This document shows, in pieces, positions 1-16,904 of a stretch of DNA of 64,000 nucleotides. The notes beneath the pieces are model-generated. The model ran no database searches. It had not been told where the DNA came from and saw nothing but the letters and a program-made list of their open reading frames with translations. How positions within the stretch are numbered: the stretch's first letter is position 1; each line of letters opens with the position of its first letter. The translations under genes and the position numbers were made by a program. The stretch is from the human T2T-CHM13v2.0 reference genome, Homo sapiens. The DNA lies in assembly GCF_009914755.1 (NCBI RefSeq), contig NC_060934.1, one strand, 5' to 3'.

Positions 1-413
1 AAAAATTAGCCAGGCATGGCCGTGCACCTGTAGTCCCAGCTACTCAGGAGGCTGAAGGAGAAACACCTGAGTCCGAGAGGTTGCGGCTGTAGTGAGCCAT
101 GATTGCAACACTGCACTCCAGCCTGGGCAACCAGAGTGAGATCCTGTCTCAAAAAAGAAGTCAAAGAGCTGTACTCAAAGTTAGGATCTCCTGGAAACAG
201 TATTTTAAAGTGATGGGAGTACTGTGGGAGTTTGAGGAGGAAGAAAGAAGAGGATAGGGGAGGAGAAACATGCCCAAGGGAGAAACAAAAATATACAAGA
301 CAACTCCACCTACTTCTCAGCTGCGGTCTGACTTTGCTGACATATTCCGGCTTGGCCAACTGTCCTCAGGCCTTCAAAAAGTGAATGAAGGGAACCAGTG
401 AGGAACCACCTAA

Positions 414-713
<300 letters not shown>

Positions 714-1010
714 TATAAGTGCTAATTTTCTAGCTACAGTCATGAGAACCTCCTATGTATGCCATACATTCTCTTTATCATCTGGTTTCCTCAAGAAGCA
801 GGCATGCTTCTTGAATTTGCAAACAAAAGCTATTTTTACATGATTTTTCCTAACCCTGGATGATTTTTACATTCACTAAGACTTAGTTATTATTGGGCAA
901 AAGCTGGTTAAGAAACATTGTTCATATATTTTTCTGAGTGCTTATGAGGGATACCTAAATATCAGTTTTTAAAAAACATTATTTGATAGGAAAATAATAT
1001 TAGGATAAGT

Positions 1011-1315
<305 letters not shown>

Positions 1316-2531
1316 AGAAAAACATATAGAAGTAGACAATAGAATGGTGGTTACCAAGAAACGGAGTTAGGGAGATACAGGAAGTTGTTGTTCAATGCAT
1401 GTAAAGTTACAGTTATACAAGATGAGTAAATTCCAGAGATCTGCTGTGCAACTTAGTATCTACAGTTGGCAATAAGGCATTGTGCACTTAAACATTTGTT
1501 AGGACAGTAGATCTCATGATAAGTGTTCCTTTTTTTCTTATAGTATTGGCTTTACTGGTTTTTGGAATTAAAACCATCTTGTAACTATTAAGAATTAGGA
1601 AGAAGAAACAGTAGTAGAAGTTATAAAATCCCTCTGAAAGGGCAACTAATTTCTCATCAAAATTAAAAACCTTTAAAGTAGCTGAGGTAGTTGGAGTCAC
1701 TTTATGGGGAGGATGAAGTCAAGATAGGGTAAGGAGCATTCAGAAAGAATTATTTTCGGCAAGGTAAGATGTTTTTCCTTTCAGTAGGATGTATTCATAA
1801 AGCAAGGTAGTCACTAATAGCTGGCCTTTAAGACTTAACTGTAGTATGGATAGGGTTAGATACCCACTGCTTGAGCTTTTTAGTTGTACTCCAGGAATCT
1901 AAAATCTGTCCTGGCAATTAATGAATTAGAACATCCTTCTCACCCCGTCAATTGAAACTGAGAAGGTTTGTTCAAGGTATTTCCTACAATTTTCCCCAAA
2001 AGTCAGGTTCAGAAGTGAATTTCTGGGCTGGCATATGCAGCTTCCACACACAGACCTCTCAATACGACTTATTAAAAGAACATTGTTGGCTTGGAGCTGG
2101 TTTATTTTGAAGACTCCACGGGACAGTTTGTGGCAAGGTTCAAGAGGCTACAGGGTATTTTGTAGTAATTACATTCAACTGGTAATGCAAGGGTAAGGCA
2201 CATGGACAGCCATTTACGGTAAGGAATAAAGAATCCTGTTATCTTTGCCATTATGTGATATAACAGCCTGCACTTCTGATCTCTGTAGAGCTATTTTGCT
2301 TGTGGCCAGTCTGAGTTTAGGACAAATGTCCTTTAGCTTGTTGCCTGCCTCCTTCGGCTGGGTTCCATGTATCTGTTATAATCCTTGAATAATGAACCCC
2401 AACCAGTCAGAAAATATCCATGAAGAATGTTTTGAAATGACATTAAGAACTGGTAACATTAAATATGAAGTAGTAATTGTAACTGGTAGAGACAAGATAA
2501 TAGAATTTAGGTTTTCAGTAAATCAAGGGTG

Positions 2532-2532
<1 letters not shown>

Positions 2533-2574
<42 letters not shown>

Positions 2575-2734
2575 GTGTGTGTTTTGAGACAGGGTCTTTA
2601 CTATGTTACCCAGGCTGGAGTGCAGTGGTGTAATCTTGGCTCACTGTAGCCTCAACCTCTTTGAGCTCAAGCAATTCTCCCATCTCAGCTTCCTGAGTAG
2701 CTGTGACTACAGGCATAAGCCACCGTGCCTGGCC
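2533..2734 (-). mobile_element. Truncated Alu with ~39-nt T tract
   Basis: Alu arm; TSD AGTAAATCAAG. Confidence 0.85.
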
Positions 2735-3801
2735 AGTAAATCAAGTTTTGTACTTTTCTTTGGCATCTAATAAATTAAACCAAGTTACTCAAGAGATGCA
2801 CTTTTGGGGATTACATGACACTCTAAAGCATGTAAATATTTTCTTGATCTTGACATTTTTGGTTCCATAATGTAAATTTATTTTAAGGTATTTGTGTAGC
2901 CTATTCTGGAAATACATGTTAGAAATCAGTGAGGTTTCTAATTGCCATGCCATACCACTTAGCTGAGACAAATTACTCTTTCTTCACCTTTAGATTGTAA
3001 AAGATAAAACTCTCCTTAGTTCATATATGAGATATGTGGAGTAACAGGGTAATAGTTGTTCTGTACTGAATTCCAAGGGCAAATAATGATAGAAATGAAA
3101 TGTTACACTTTATTCCATCTCCATGATTTCAGACATTATAGGACAGGGTGAGTAAACAAGGCAAATAAAGCAAACACCTTTTCCCCCATTTAACCATATG
3201 CAGCAGTTTGACATTTTTTATGATCTGCAGGTTGACTTAATTCTTGACTTGAGTTGAAAGCTGCCAGCAGCAAACTGTGCAATTTAGACTTTTCCTCCAT
3301 AGCCACTCTGAATATCTTTATTCCTGAACTACACTGTGAGCTCTGAAATGGTGTTCACTGCAACATTCTTGAAGCTTTCACATCTTAACCTCTTGTTAAG
3401 GCAGGGGATTGTTTTAAAAGCTTCTTCTTTGCTTATCCAGGCTGCCAGCAATCTTAACTGCAAGTTACCATGTAAAAATAAAATTCTGCTCTGAAGCACT
3501 GACTGAAACTGTTGTGCCCAGATCCCTTTCAGAGCATTAGTTCCCTGAGAGAAAAAGGAGGTCCTAACCAATTGCTTTCATGAACAATGACCCCAGTACA
3601 AGTGTACATAATGTCACTTGTAGCAAAAATCAAGAGGTCAGGCAACCTTGATCATCCTGACTAGTTTATCATTATTTTCATACAAGGTATATTTACAGCT
3701 GATCCCAGACTAAGTATTGCAATCATAATCCCAAGAAATTGTTCAGTTTTAGCACCCTGGGTTCCTAGAAGATACCAGAGCAAGTGAGAAATCATCATCT
3801 T

Positions 3802-4096
3802 TTTTTGTTGTTGTTGAGACAGAGTCTCGCTCTGTTGCCAGGCTGGAGTGTGCAGTAGCACTATCTCAGCTCACTGCAACCTCCGCCTCCCTGGTTCAAG
3901 GGTTCTCCTGCCTCGGCCTCCTGAGTAGATGGGACTACAGGCACGTGCCACCATGCCCAGCTAATTTTTGTATTTTTAATAGAGACGAGGTCTCACCATG
4001 TTGGCCAGGATGGTCTCGATCTCTTGACATCATGATCTTCCTGCCTTGGCCACTCAAAGTGCTGGGATTACAGGCATGAGCCACCATGCCCGGGCC
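3802..4096 (-). mobile_element. Alu inserted just 3' of the TRIAP1 pseudogene CDS
   Basis: Perfect TSD GAAATCATCATCTT at 3788-3801 and 4097-4110. Confidence 0.94.
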
Positions 4097-4225
4097 GAAA
4101 TCATCATCTTCTACAAGTGAGAGGAAAACATCAAGAAGAAGGAAACGAAACTCGCCTTGCCTAAATTCCTCATCAAATCTGATGGCTGTCTTCACAGACT
4201 TAGTTGACAAAATCCAGAGTTCTCA

Positions 4226-5025
<800 letters not shown>

Positions 5026-5039
5026 TCAACTTTTATTTA

Positions 5040-6264
5040 TTTTTAACTTTTATTTTTGTTTCAGGGGGACACATGCAGGTTTGTTCTACAGATAAACTGC
5101 ATGTTCTGGGAGTTTGGTGTACAGAGTATTTCATCACCCAGGTAATAAACACAGCATGAATGAAACTCAGTAAGTAGCTTTTCAATTTTCACCCTCCTCC
5201 CACCTCCACCCTCAAGTAGGCCCCGGTGTCTACTATTCCTTTCTTTGTGTCCATGTGTACTCGGTGTTTAGATGTGACTCACAAGTGAGAAGATGAGGTG
5301 TTTGGTTTTCTGTTCCTGAATTAGTTCCCTTAGGATAATGGCCTCTGGCTCCATCACATTGCTGCAAAGGACATGACCTTGTTCTTTTTTATGGCTGCAT
5401 AGTATTCCATGGTGTGTATGTACCACATTTTCTTTATCCAATCTACTGTTGATGAGCATTTAGGTTGATTCCATGTCTTTGCTATTGTGAATAGTGCTGT
5501 GATGAACATATGTGTGCCTGAGTCTTTATGGTAGAACAATCTATATTCCTTTGGTTATACCCAATAATGGGATTCCTGGGTCAAATGGTAGTTCTAAATT
5601 CTTTGAGACATCACCAAACTACTTTCTGCAGTGGTTGAACTAATTTACACTCCTGTCAGCATTAGCTTTTCTCTGCAGCCTTGCCAGCATCTGTTATTTT
5701 TTGACTTTTTAATAATAACCATTCTGACTGGTGTGAGATGGTATCTCTTTGTGGTTTTGATTTGCATTTGTCTAATGATTAGTGATCTTGAACATTTTTT
5801 ATGTGCTTTTTGGCCACATATATGTCTTCTCTTGAAAAGTGTCTGTTCATGTCCTTTCCTACATTGTAGTGGGGTTGTTCTTTGCTTGTTAATTTTCCAT
5901 TTTTATTTTTGATACAAGGGGTATGTGTGCAGGTTTGTTACATAGGAATATTGTGTGTTGCTGAGGTTTAGGGTATGGATCCTGTCACCCAGGTAGTGAG
6001 CACAGTACCTGATAGGTAGTTTTTCCACCCACCTGCCCACCTCCCTCCACCCTCTAGTAGTCCAGTGTCTATTGTTACTGTGTTTATGTCTGTGTGTGCT
6101 CAATGCTTAGCCCCCACTTATATGTGAGAACATGTGGCATTTGGTTTTCTGTTCCTGTGTTAATTCGCTTAGGATTATAGCCTCCGACTCCATCCATGTT
6201 GCTGCAAAGGAAATTATTTCATTCTTTTTTATGGCTGCATAGTATTCCATGGTGTATATGTACC
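5040..6264 (-). mobile_element. Two tandem L1P 3'-end fragments
   Basis: ORF 5354..5539 (IAKTWNQPKC...WYIHTMEYYAAIKKN) plus two separate 3'UTR copies (~5040-5895, ~5900-6264). Confidence 0.85.
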
Positions 6265-8904
6265 TATGTGCAGTTTTTAAAAAGCCGATTATATCTCAAT
6301 AAAGCTGATGGGAGAAGTCACTTGGAGAGTATCTGCATTGGGGAATGTTAAAAAAAAAAAAAAAAAAAAAACCCAAACAACCACAGACGGGATTCACAGA
6401 GAAAGCCTGCCTTCACAGAGTGAGCAACAGCCATGTTATGGTAACAGCAGGAATTTCCAACTGTGTGTCGTCTCCCTCTGCCATAGCCTCTGGAGGAGCT
6501 GGCCACAGGATGAGGAAAGGAGTAATGGAAGAGTAAATTGGAGGGAAAAAATATAATGCAACTCTTAAAACCCTTAATATGTCACATTTATAGTTTAAAA
6601 TAATAAACTCTGGCTTTAGGAGAGGAGCCTCTTACCTGTCAGAATAAATACCACATGCCAAAAAACAAAACAAAAGGTCAAAGTCCATGTCTCTTAACCG
6701 TGAATAAGCAATGTATGTATTTTGCCATTTTGTCCTTAGGATTTGTTGCAGTATCCTAAATGTGGGTTGTTCCCTGATCTTTAGGAAATAAAATGGGGTC
6801 ACTGTAGCAGTAGATACAGTCATTTCTTCCTTTATCTGTGGACACTGTCTCTGTATAAAGTGACATTGGTCTGTGCAGATCTGTGGCTGGAGATAGCCAG
6901 GAGAGGTGACCAAAAGCGAGGAAAGTCCATATGACCATCCTTACATAGGTTGACTCTCTCGGATCTTCTTTAAAGACACAGATAGAGTTATCAGCTCTGC
7001 TCTTCTGAACACATAGATGTAAATACAGGCAGCTCCAAGCTTCATTTGTAAGAGTATGTGCCCAACTGCTCCCAGCCTAGTTAAACCCAGAAGAAATGTG
7101 GTAAAGCAGTACGCAGTACAACGTATCCTGTGTTGATCTTGGATCTTACATACGCACCCCTTTGTGCTGCCAATCATCAGTGATCTGACGATTTCTTTCT
7201 TTGGTCAGTTGAGGATGACTTGGCTAAACTAAGGCAAATAGCCACTGTTGATTAGTAACTTTCAAAATTCACTGTTTCCTTCTAACCAGTGACAAAGGGG
7301 ACAGAGCGAGAAAAACACACCATGTGATAAATAGAGATTTACCCTAGTAAAAAACAATCTGCTGAACAGTATCTGGTCTCAAAACATGTTTACAAAAGTC
7401 AATTAATTGGGAGCAGAGTTCATAGGAAGGAAACAACGAAGCTATTTCTTAGAGGACAGACAAAACAGTATTTCTCAACATTCCTGAAAGTTAGCATTTC
7501 ATTACGTTTCAGCAAGAAAATAAGAAAGGACAGTTGGGCTAGGGCTCATGTTGAAAATATTTGTGTGAGGATAAAATAAGCCATCAATTGGGTGGAAAGT
7601 CTGCAAATATTACTGAAAAGGGTATTAAAATCATAGATAATACTTATTCACTACTCATAGGTGAAGAAATTCTGTAATGTCCTAGTTTTATTCATTTTAT
7701 TACTGAAAAATTGTTGGCAGTGGGCCTCAGTAAAGTGTTTCCTTTTAAATACCAGCCCCCAAAAAAGCTGTGAAATAAAAATAAGCTATTGTTTTTTTTT
7801 TTAAGTTCCCATATTTCTGCCTCAGAAATACAGTGACTTTCATTTTAAACAATATTGATAATGGAGGAAATGAATGATATTTCTTGGTCAGCAATCTGAA
7901 AAATTCATAATGCCTTGTCCCCTCTTTGACTCTTGAACTAGCAGTAGGAGTTTGCTTGCACATAATTTCCGTTAAAGTTGATGAAAGATACAGGTGCACT
8001 TTCAGAGGGAACAGTATCTGGTAGCCTGTTATTTGAATAACATTATAAAAGACTGCTCTTGAGGTGTAATCAGTGTAGGTAGAAGACAGAAGCTGAGAGC
8101 GCAAAACCTTGTGTTTGTTTACGTCGGTATATATTTGTATGATTTCATTTGTTGCCCAGTTCAGAGAAATAAAGCATTTATAGAGAAGACCATTATGAGA
8201 CAAATAATTCAGTATAAAGAGAAAAACGGAAAATAAAACCTCAAAGTATTAATAAATTTGAGGGATGTAGTTTGCCATTGCAATCATCTGTGTTGTGAGG
8301 GGGTGTATGTGTTTGCATGTGTACGTGCATGCACGTATGTTTGTGTGTGTGTGAGTAATGGCTGCCACCTTTACTAGTAACATCTACAAAAAAATCATGC
8401 AATCTCCTAAGAGTGTATTAGGCTCAACCTGCTTTATTCCAAATGTCTGTTTCTTCCATAAATGATTCTTAAAAAATCCTCAACAGCTTCATCATGGCCC
8501 ACAATTGATTCTTGGCTCAAGCTTTAGTTGGCTTTAGGTTTTTATTGACGAGTTGTATGTTTTTCCTATTAACATTTCTTTTATGATTTCCATAGCAGTT
8601 TAACACCTGGAATGTGGTTTACGTTTTGGAGGAAAAAGACTTATTTATTTCATTTTATTGATTTTTTTTCAAGATCTTTTAAAATCATGACCTTGGTGAT
8701 TTTCCTTACTGTGTTATTGATGATAGTTATTAGTTGAAGGACTTGATAAACACATGGATTACTCAATTTACTCAACCCAAGCTTTAAGCGTGTTTCATTT
8801 TGTTGAACCGATGTTACAACAGAGGAAGAAATAAATTGCACCATTCTGAATCCCTTAAGGAAGTCTCTGGACATTTAGTATACCTGGACAAAACATAAAC
8901 ACCT

Positions 8905-9196
8905 ATTTTTCTTTTTCTTTTCTTTCCTTTTCTTTATTTTATTTTATTTTATTTTATTTTATTTTATTTTATTTTATTTTATTTTATTTTATTTTGAGAC
9001 GGCATCTTGCTGTTTTGCCCAGGGTGGCGTGCAGTGGTGCAATCTCAGCTCACTGCAACCTCCGCCTCCTGGGTTCAAGCTATTCTCCTGCCTCAGCCTC
9101 CGGAGTAGCTGGGATTACAGGCACCCACCACCACGCCTGGGTAATTTTTGTATTTTTAGTAGAGGTGGGGTTTCACCATGTTGGCCAGGCTGGTCG
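8905..9196 (-). mobile_element. 5'-truncated Alu with (TTTTA)n tail microsatellite
   Basis: Alu consensus; ACCTATTTTTC on both sides; (TTTTA) ~12 copies at 8935-8996. Confidence 0.9.
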
Positions 9197-10885
9197 CAAA
9201 CCTATTTTTCCCTTGAAGCATATTACCAGGCTTTTCACAATATTTCTTGGCTGCTAGATATTAGATTTTGCATATCCCCAAAGTCAGTCTACTTCTGTAT
9301 GCTTTGTAGTGTCTGATACACTGATTCTTTGCAATGGCTTAGGGGGCAGATACTACATGGAATTGGGAAAACTATCCCTTTGATTGGATTTTGGTGTCAC
9401 ATTATGAAATTCCTTTAGTTTTCTCTGCTGTCTTCTTTCGAAAACATAGTTCTCCATAAAGCCCGTTTAATGATTCCTGCACATACAATAATATCTTCCA
9501 GCACACAGTGGGCCTAACATCTAGAGGGCTTGGCTGGGGTGTCCGGTGAGTGAAGACTTTTGTTATGGCAAAATAATGAGGTGTGGGCTTTTTATTATAA
9601 AATTCCCCCTGGAATATCAGTTCTCATTATTGTTTTTCTGCTTACCCAAAACTGAAGTCCTTACAGTGAACCCTTAAATATAATGAATTCTGTTAAAATA
9701 ATTGTTTATACTTTATAATTCAAAATCAGTGTCCTTGTTAATACCCAGAAGGTTGATGCTGAGCCCAAGCCATTTTAGAAAAGAGAATACAACAATAACC
9801 ATGATTGATAATATGTAGGAGTACTGTACTTCCTTTTTCCTAATTTATTTTCCAGGTTTATATATGTAATAGGCTTATAAGAATAAGTTTTCATTTCTCC
9901 CCAGTTTGGTCCTACGATGTAGCGGCAATGACCTGTCCTTCCATCAGCACATGCTGTGCACATGCATGGACACTAACACGTGTGTACTTGCACACACTTG
10001 CCTGTTTAGTGATGAGGACTTTACGTTAGCTTGCTGACTTTCATGCTAATTGTTTGTACATTTCTCCATGATAGTTACCACCTCCTAACATACTACCTAT
10101 TTACTTATGTATCTTGTGTGCTTTCTTCCTTAGGCACTAGAATGTATTTCCTTTGTGGGGATGAGGTGGGGGAAGACTTCTGTTTATTTGTTCATTGCTT
10201 TGTAATCAGTGCCTGGAAGAGTATCGGTCACAATGTAAACACTTGAGAAATATTTGTAAAAGGCATGAATGAATCATACACTTTTAACACTAGGTGTCTA
10301 ACAGTAGGCATTTAGCACTGGGAAGGAAGTCCACCACTACTGTGATTAAAAAGAAGGAAGTGTTACCAACCACTCAGCTTCTGACCTCCCTTTTCTAATG
10401 TAGGGGATTCTTTAAATTCATTGTTTCTGGCAGGACAGAGATAGCTAACAAGAAATGTTAGCCATTCCCGGTTGGTGACTTCATCTGCCAGTCCCTGCCC
10501 TGCCTCTTGACCTGAAGAAAGTCTAGGCAGAAGGATGGCATCTCAGGGCATCATCCATGCAAAGTGAGGGTGATGAGACCTGCAGTAGCTTCCAGTCTAT
10601 GACAAGGGTTCAGGCCAGATCCCCTTTGAGAACATTCTGAACTTTAGAACTCTCAAAACCTTTCTCTTTTCAAAGAAAGGAATATCTTCTTTTCAATTAT
10701 CTATATGAAAAGAGAAAATGAACTCCATAATTCTTTATTGATATTAGAAAAATAAAAAGTAAGTTATTTTACATTGACAGTTGCCAGGAACATCAGCTCC
10801 CTTCTGCACAGCATTAGATGATAAGTGTTTTATTTTCATTTTTAACCACAATATATGTAAAAAATAACATATATCATTTACAGAC

Positions 10886-11231
10886 TGATATGATTCGGCT
10901 GTGTCCCCAGCCAAATCTCATCTTGAATTCCCATGTGATGTGGGAGGGACCCGGTGGGAGATAATTGAATCATGGGGGGAAGTCCTTCCCGTTCTGTTCT
11001 TATGATAGTGAATAAGTCTCACAAGATCTGATTGTTTTATAAAGAGGAGTTCCCCTGCATGAGTTCTCTCTTCTCTTGCCTGCCGCCATGTGAGACGTGA
11101 CTTTCACCTTCCATCATGATTATGAGGCCTCCCCAGGCACATGGAACTGTGAATCCAATAAACCTCTTTCTTTTGTAAATTGCCCAGTCTCAGGCATGTC
11201 TTTATCAGCAGTGTAAAAACGGACTAATAAA
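10886..11231 (+). mobile_element. THE1 (THE1B/C-like) solo LTR
   Basis: TGATATGATTCGGCTGTGTCCCC...CAATAAACCTCTTTC...GGACTAATA. Confidence 0.88.
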
Positions 11232-11809
11232 TGGACTTAATATCAAAGCAAAATGATAATTATAAATGTGTGTGTTGTTTATGAATGTGTTACAATTTGA
11301 TTCTTATATGGCCAGCAAATCCTTTAACTTTAGAAAGCATAACTACATATTTTGACAGACATTAACCAACAAATTTATACTTAAATTGCTCATCCACATC
11401 AAAGATCTTCCTTCAGAGAAGGGAAGAATGCGTGTGTATACAGGGAATGGAGGAGGAGAGTCATGCTTTCTTGCACACTTGCAGCATAAAAGGATAATAT
11501 TTTCAGTGGTGAATTATTCTGAAATTTTGGGGCAAAAGTGTTACTTGGAAGATTCCCTTTGAATTTTCTGGGCAATTGGTATAGTATGTATCAGTGTCTT
11601 TTGCAGTGGTGTTGAAAGCCTACTTACTTTGTTCAGGAAGTTTTTAAAAAAAATTTAAGGAGACTTAAGAGCCTATCTAGGAAACCACAAAAATATTTGT
11701 AGTATCATATTTCTATTAATTTATTAAGAGAAAAAAGGGAATTTCCAGATATTTGAAGTTTCATATTTACTTCAAAGGTTGCTTCAAGGAGATGGACTAC
11801 AGAAAATCA

Positions 11810-12397
<588 letters not shown>

Positions 12398-13039
12398 TTA
12401 TAGGGCAGAGTTTAGGGGCTCTGGGCAGGCTAAAATATGTAAGTCAAAGTGCCAGAGTAGAAGGTACCATGGGGATAAAGCACTTCCTAAATCTGCACGG
12501 GGCCCCTTTTAGCATGTCTCTAAATACCTTGTCACCTCTGTGTAAGATAAATGTCCATGAAGTCAGGCTTTGCAAAGCTTGACCAGAGAATCTATTACTA
12601 AATACTTAGCCACATATGGCACATGCAGAGGGTGAAGTTCTATGAGATAAGGCAAAGCATAACCAGAGAGGTATACCCTAAATCTCCAGCATTCTCACAG
12701 AGCTGGGAGATGTTTAACTTTTGATCAGGCAGAATGTAGATTCCTCATTGAAAACCTGGGAGATTCACTAGAAACCCCAGAGGGTTGTGCCTAGTAGTAG
12801 GGCAAAGCTAGCCTAGAACTAAAGACTGTTCTAGATTCATCCTAAGAAGTCCTAAAAATGAGCTTTGAAAAGACCAACCTGATACACAGATAACTTTGTC
12901 AGATCCAATAGTATTTAGAGAAAGCAACAAAATCTAGTACTCAACAACATATATTCCATAAGGAGCATCCAATAAAAACGTACCAGACATGTGAAGAAGG
13001 AAAATGTGACCATAACTGGGATAAAATTAATCCATACAA

Positions 13040-13430
13040 ACTCACAGCCAGCCTCTATGATGGTCCCTAATTTTTATCACCTCCTGGTATTCATTACTTT
13101 GTTTCTTTGCACATTGAATTAGAACTGGTCTGTGTGACCAGTGGAGTAGCAGATATGATTCCGTGTGGCATCCTAAGCTAGAGCATAAAGGACATTTTGG
13201 CTTCCATTCTCTTGGATCACTTGGTCCAGGGGAATCCGGCAGCTGTCAGGAACAGCCCTATGATGGGGCCCATATGGAGAGGAACTGGGGTCTCCCACAA
13301 ATAGCCAGCACAACTTGACAGTCATATGAGTTAGCCATCTTGAAAATGGATCTGATTCCAGCCCCAGTCAAACCTTCATATGTGTGCATTCTCAGCTGAC
13401 ATCTGACTAAATCTCATGAGAAACTTCAAG
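13040..13430 (-). mobile_element. MLT1-type (MaLR) LTR
   Basis: CCAGCCCCAGTCAAACCTTC / GAGGAACTG motifs typical of MLT1E/F; strand uncertain. Confidence 0.55.
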
Positions 13431-13448
13431 ATAGTAAAAACCCATTAA

Positions 13449-13915
<467 letters not shown>

Positions 13916-14389
13916 TTATTGTATTATTCTGCCTCCCAAAGCTGTTAAAATAATTAAGTGAAAAAACTGATGAAGTATTTTGTAATGGTTGGACCAGGCT
14001 GACAATACCTAAACACATTAGTGAATTTTACCATCTTAAACAGAGAGCCAGTCGTTAAGCACCTCCTAACATAATGGATTGAAAGCCCACAATGCCACCT
14101 TGCAAAAACAAACAGCAAACAAAACGAAGCACATCTCTGATCAAACCTGTCTTACCCATGTCAAGGGGTCAGAGGAATGTGCTAAAACATAATGCCATCA
14201 ACAAAAGCCAAAATGTAGGATTCTAACTCTCCAGGACAAATGACCTGGTTTCTTTAAGAAATAAACTACAAGAGGGAGAAATAAAAAGAGGAGGGAGAAT
14301 TTGTAGACTAAGAGTCTTAAGAGACACATTAACTATGGACTTTGTTTTGATTCTTATCAAACAAAGGTATTTAAAATATATGACTTGAG

Positions 14390-16904
14390 AAATTTTTAAA
14401 ATATACTTTATATTTTGTTTAGGGCAATTTTAGGTTCATGGTGAAGTTGAGCAGAAAGTACAGTGAGTTCCCATATAGCCCCTGCCCCCTGACCTTCCCA
14501 CTTGCAGGCTCTCACACTAGCAACCTACCACACTAGAGTGGTACTTTTGTTACAGAAGATGAATTTACATTAACACATTATTATCACCTGAATCCTATAG
14601 TTTACATTAGGGTTTACTCTTGGTGTTGTACATTCTATGGGTTTTGACAAATGCAAAATGACTTGTATCTACCATTACAATATTGTACAGAACAGTTTCA
14701 CTGTCCTGAAACTCCTCTGTGCTCGGCCTATTTATCCCTCCCTCTCCCAAACCCCTGGCAACAATTGATCTTTTCACTGTCTCCAAAGTTTTGCCTTTTC
14801 CAGAATGTCCTACGGTAGGAATCATACAATATGTAGGCTTTTCAGATTGGCTTCTTTCACTTAAGATATATTTAAAGTTCCTTCATGTCTTTCATGGCTT
14901 GAGAGCTTGTTTCTTTTTAGCATGGAATAATATAACACTGATGTACCACGGTTTACCCATTTGCCTGTTGAAGGATGTCTTGGTTGCTTCCAAGTTCTTG
15001 AAATTATGAATAAAGCTGCTATGAACATCTGTGTGCAGGTTTTTGTGTGGACATAAGTTTTCAGCACATCTGGCCAAATACCAAGGAATGAGATTGCACA
15101 AGGATCTTGTGCAACAAGAGAGGCCAGAGCTGGAATTGGACCCCCTTGGGATCTGCTGTGGGATGGAGGCTGGAGAGCCCATATCGAAGAATCAGAGGGG
15201 CACTTTGTTTCCCAACACGTTTCAGCATAGATGGGACAGTTACCTGATGGCAGCAGGAGCTGAGACCGGGCCTCCTTGGAATCTGCTGTGAGACAGAAGT
15301 TGGCAAAACTTTCAGGGAAGCTCAGGCTCTTGAGCTGTGAGATATGGGCAAGTGTCCCTCTGGGTCCTTGTGTGAGCAGTTCTGAGCTGGGCCTCAGCTG
15401 AGGGGGGCTAATGCTGAGCCACAGAGCAACTTTCAGGTTCACTGCCAGAACTGATGTCAGCAGGCAGGTGAGCCTTTCCACCAAGATCCTAGTATGTACA
15501 ATTCCTCCTGGACCTTTGGAAGATGGTTTTGGTTGTAGGCTCAAGGCCAAACAGGGCTGTAGTCAAAGCCCTTGTGGGACTGGGCCATTTCTGTGCTTGA
15601 ACTTGGGAGCACACTCAATGGATTAGCTACCTGGCTGTTGGTCTGCAATCTCAAAATGACTCTCATAGGTCTTGGGCTCACTGGGGTTTCACAAACTCCA
15701 ACCCGAATAATGAGGCTCCTGCAGAGAGACTTTTGACTGTGAATAGGTATAGAATCCTTATTAGGGGGTTAGGAGCGCATTACCTTCTATTCCACCATCT
15801 TACTAATGTCCAATTATACTTCTTTTAAAACACTTTTAAATGGTTGCCCCAGAGTTTGTAATACACATTTACAACGAATACAAGTCTACTTTCAGATAAC
15901 ATTATTCTGCTTCAGTGGTAGTGTAAATATCTTATAAGAATAATGTATTCCTAATTCTGTCCTTCATTCCTTTGATCATTTCTGCTATTTGTTTCACTTA
16001 TGTGTAAGCTATAACTGCCAAATATATTGTTTTTATTTTTATTTTGAACAAACTGTTATCTGTTAGATAAGAATAAAAAATAAAAATTTTCATTTTACCT
16101 TTACTTATTCCTTCTACAGTGCTCTTCCTTTCTTTACGTAGATAGGAGTTCCCAACCTATATCATTTTCCTCCTCTCCAAAGAACATTAAGATTTCTTGC
16201 AAGGCAGGTCTGCTGCCAATAAATCCCCTCAATTTTTGTCTCTTTCACTTTTGAAGGATAATTTTGCAGGATACAAAATTCTAGGTTGGTGTTTTGAACT
16301 CTCAACACTCTAAATATTTCACTCCACTCTCTTGTTGCTTGGTTAGTTTCTGAGGATGAGTTGAATGTAATTCTTATCTTTACTCCTCAATAGGTAAAGT
16401 AGTTTTCTCCTTTAGATTCTTTCTTGTTTTTCTCTTTGTTTTTCTGATGTTTGAATATGAGGTGCTTGGTGTAGTATTATTATTATAATTACTGACATTT
16501 ATCCTGTTTGGTATTCTCTGAGTTTCTTGGGTCTGTGGTTTGGTGTCTGACATCAATTTGGGGAGATTTTAAGTCATTATTGCTTCAACAATTTCTTCGT
16601 TCCCTTCTCTCTTTCTTCTCCTTCTGGTATTCTCATTATGCATGTGTTACAACTTTTGTAGTTGTCCCACAGTTCTTTGACAGCCTATTCTTTTTTTTCC
16701 CCCAGTCTTTTTTTCTCTTTGCTTTTCAGTTTGAGAAGTTTTATGGATATATCCTTAAGCTTAGAAATTCTTTCCTCAACTGTGTCCAGTCTACCAATAT
16801 GACTACTGAGGGCATTCTTCATTTCTGTTACAATTCCATTTCTTTTGGATTATTTCTTAGAATTCCATGTCTGCTTACATTACTCTTTTATTCTTGCATG
16901 TTTT
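14390..16904 (-). mobile_element. Old L1 (L1MC-like) fragments; further piece at ~21790-22035
   Basis: L1MC 3'-end motifs (TTTAGGTTCA...GAGTTCCCATATA) and L1-like translation HTKTCTQMFIAALFII. Confidence 0.7.

Noticed and set aside
6945-7030. Short resemblance of ADNSICVFKEDP to a WD40 (CIAO1-like) strand, or of the other frame to an RGS helix
   Set aside because: Too short, flanks do not extend the match; cannot be supported without a search
14861-15550. 229-aa minus-strand ORF
   Set aside because: Non-ATG start, lies within old L1 sequence, C-terminus is L1 ORF2-like (HTKTCTQMFIAALF); no gene structure
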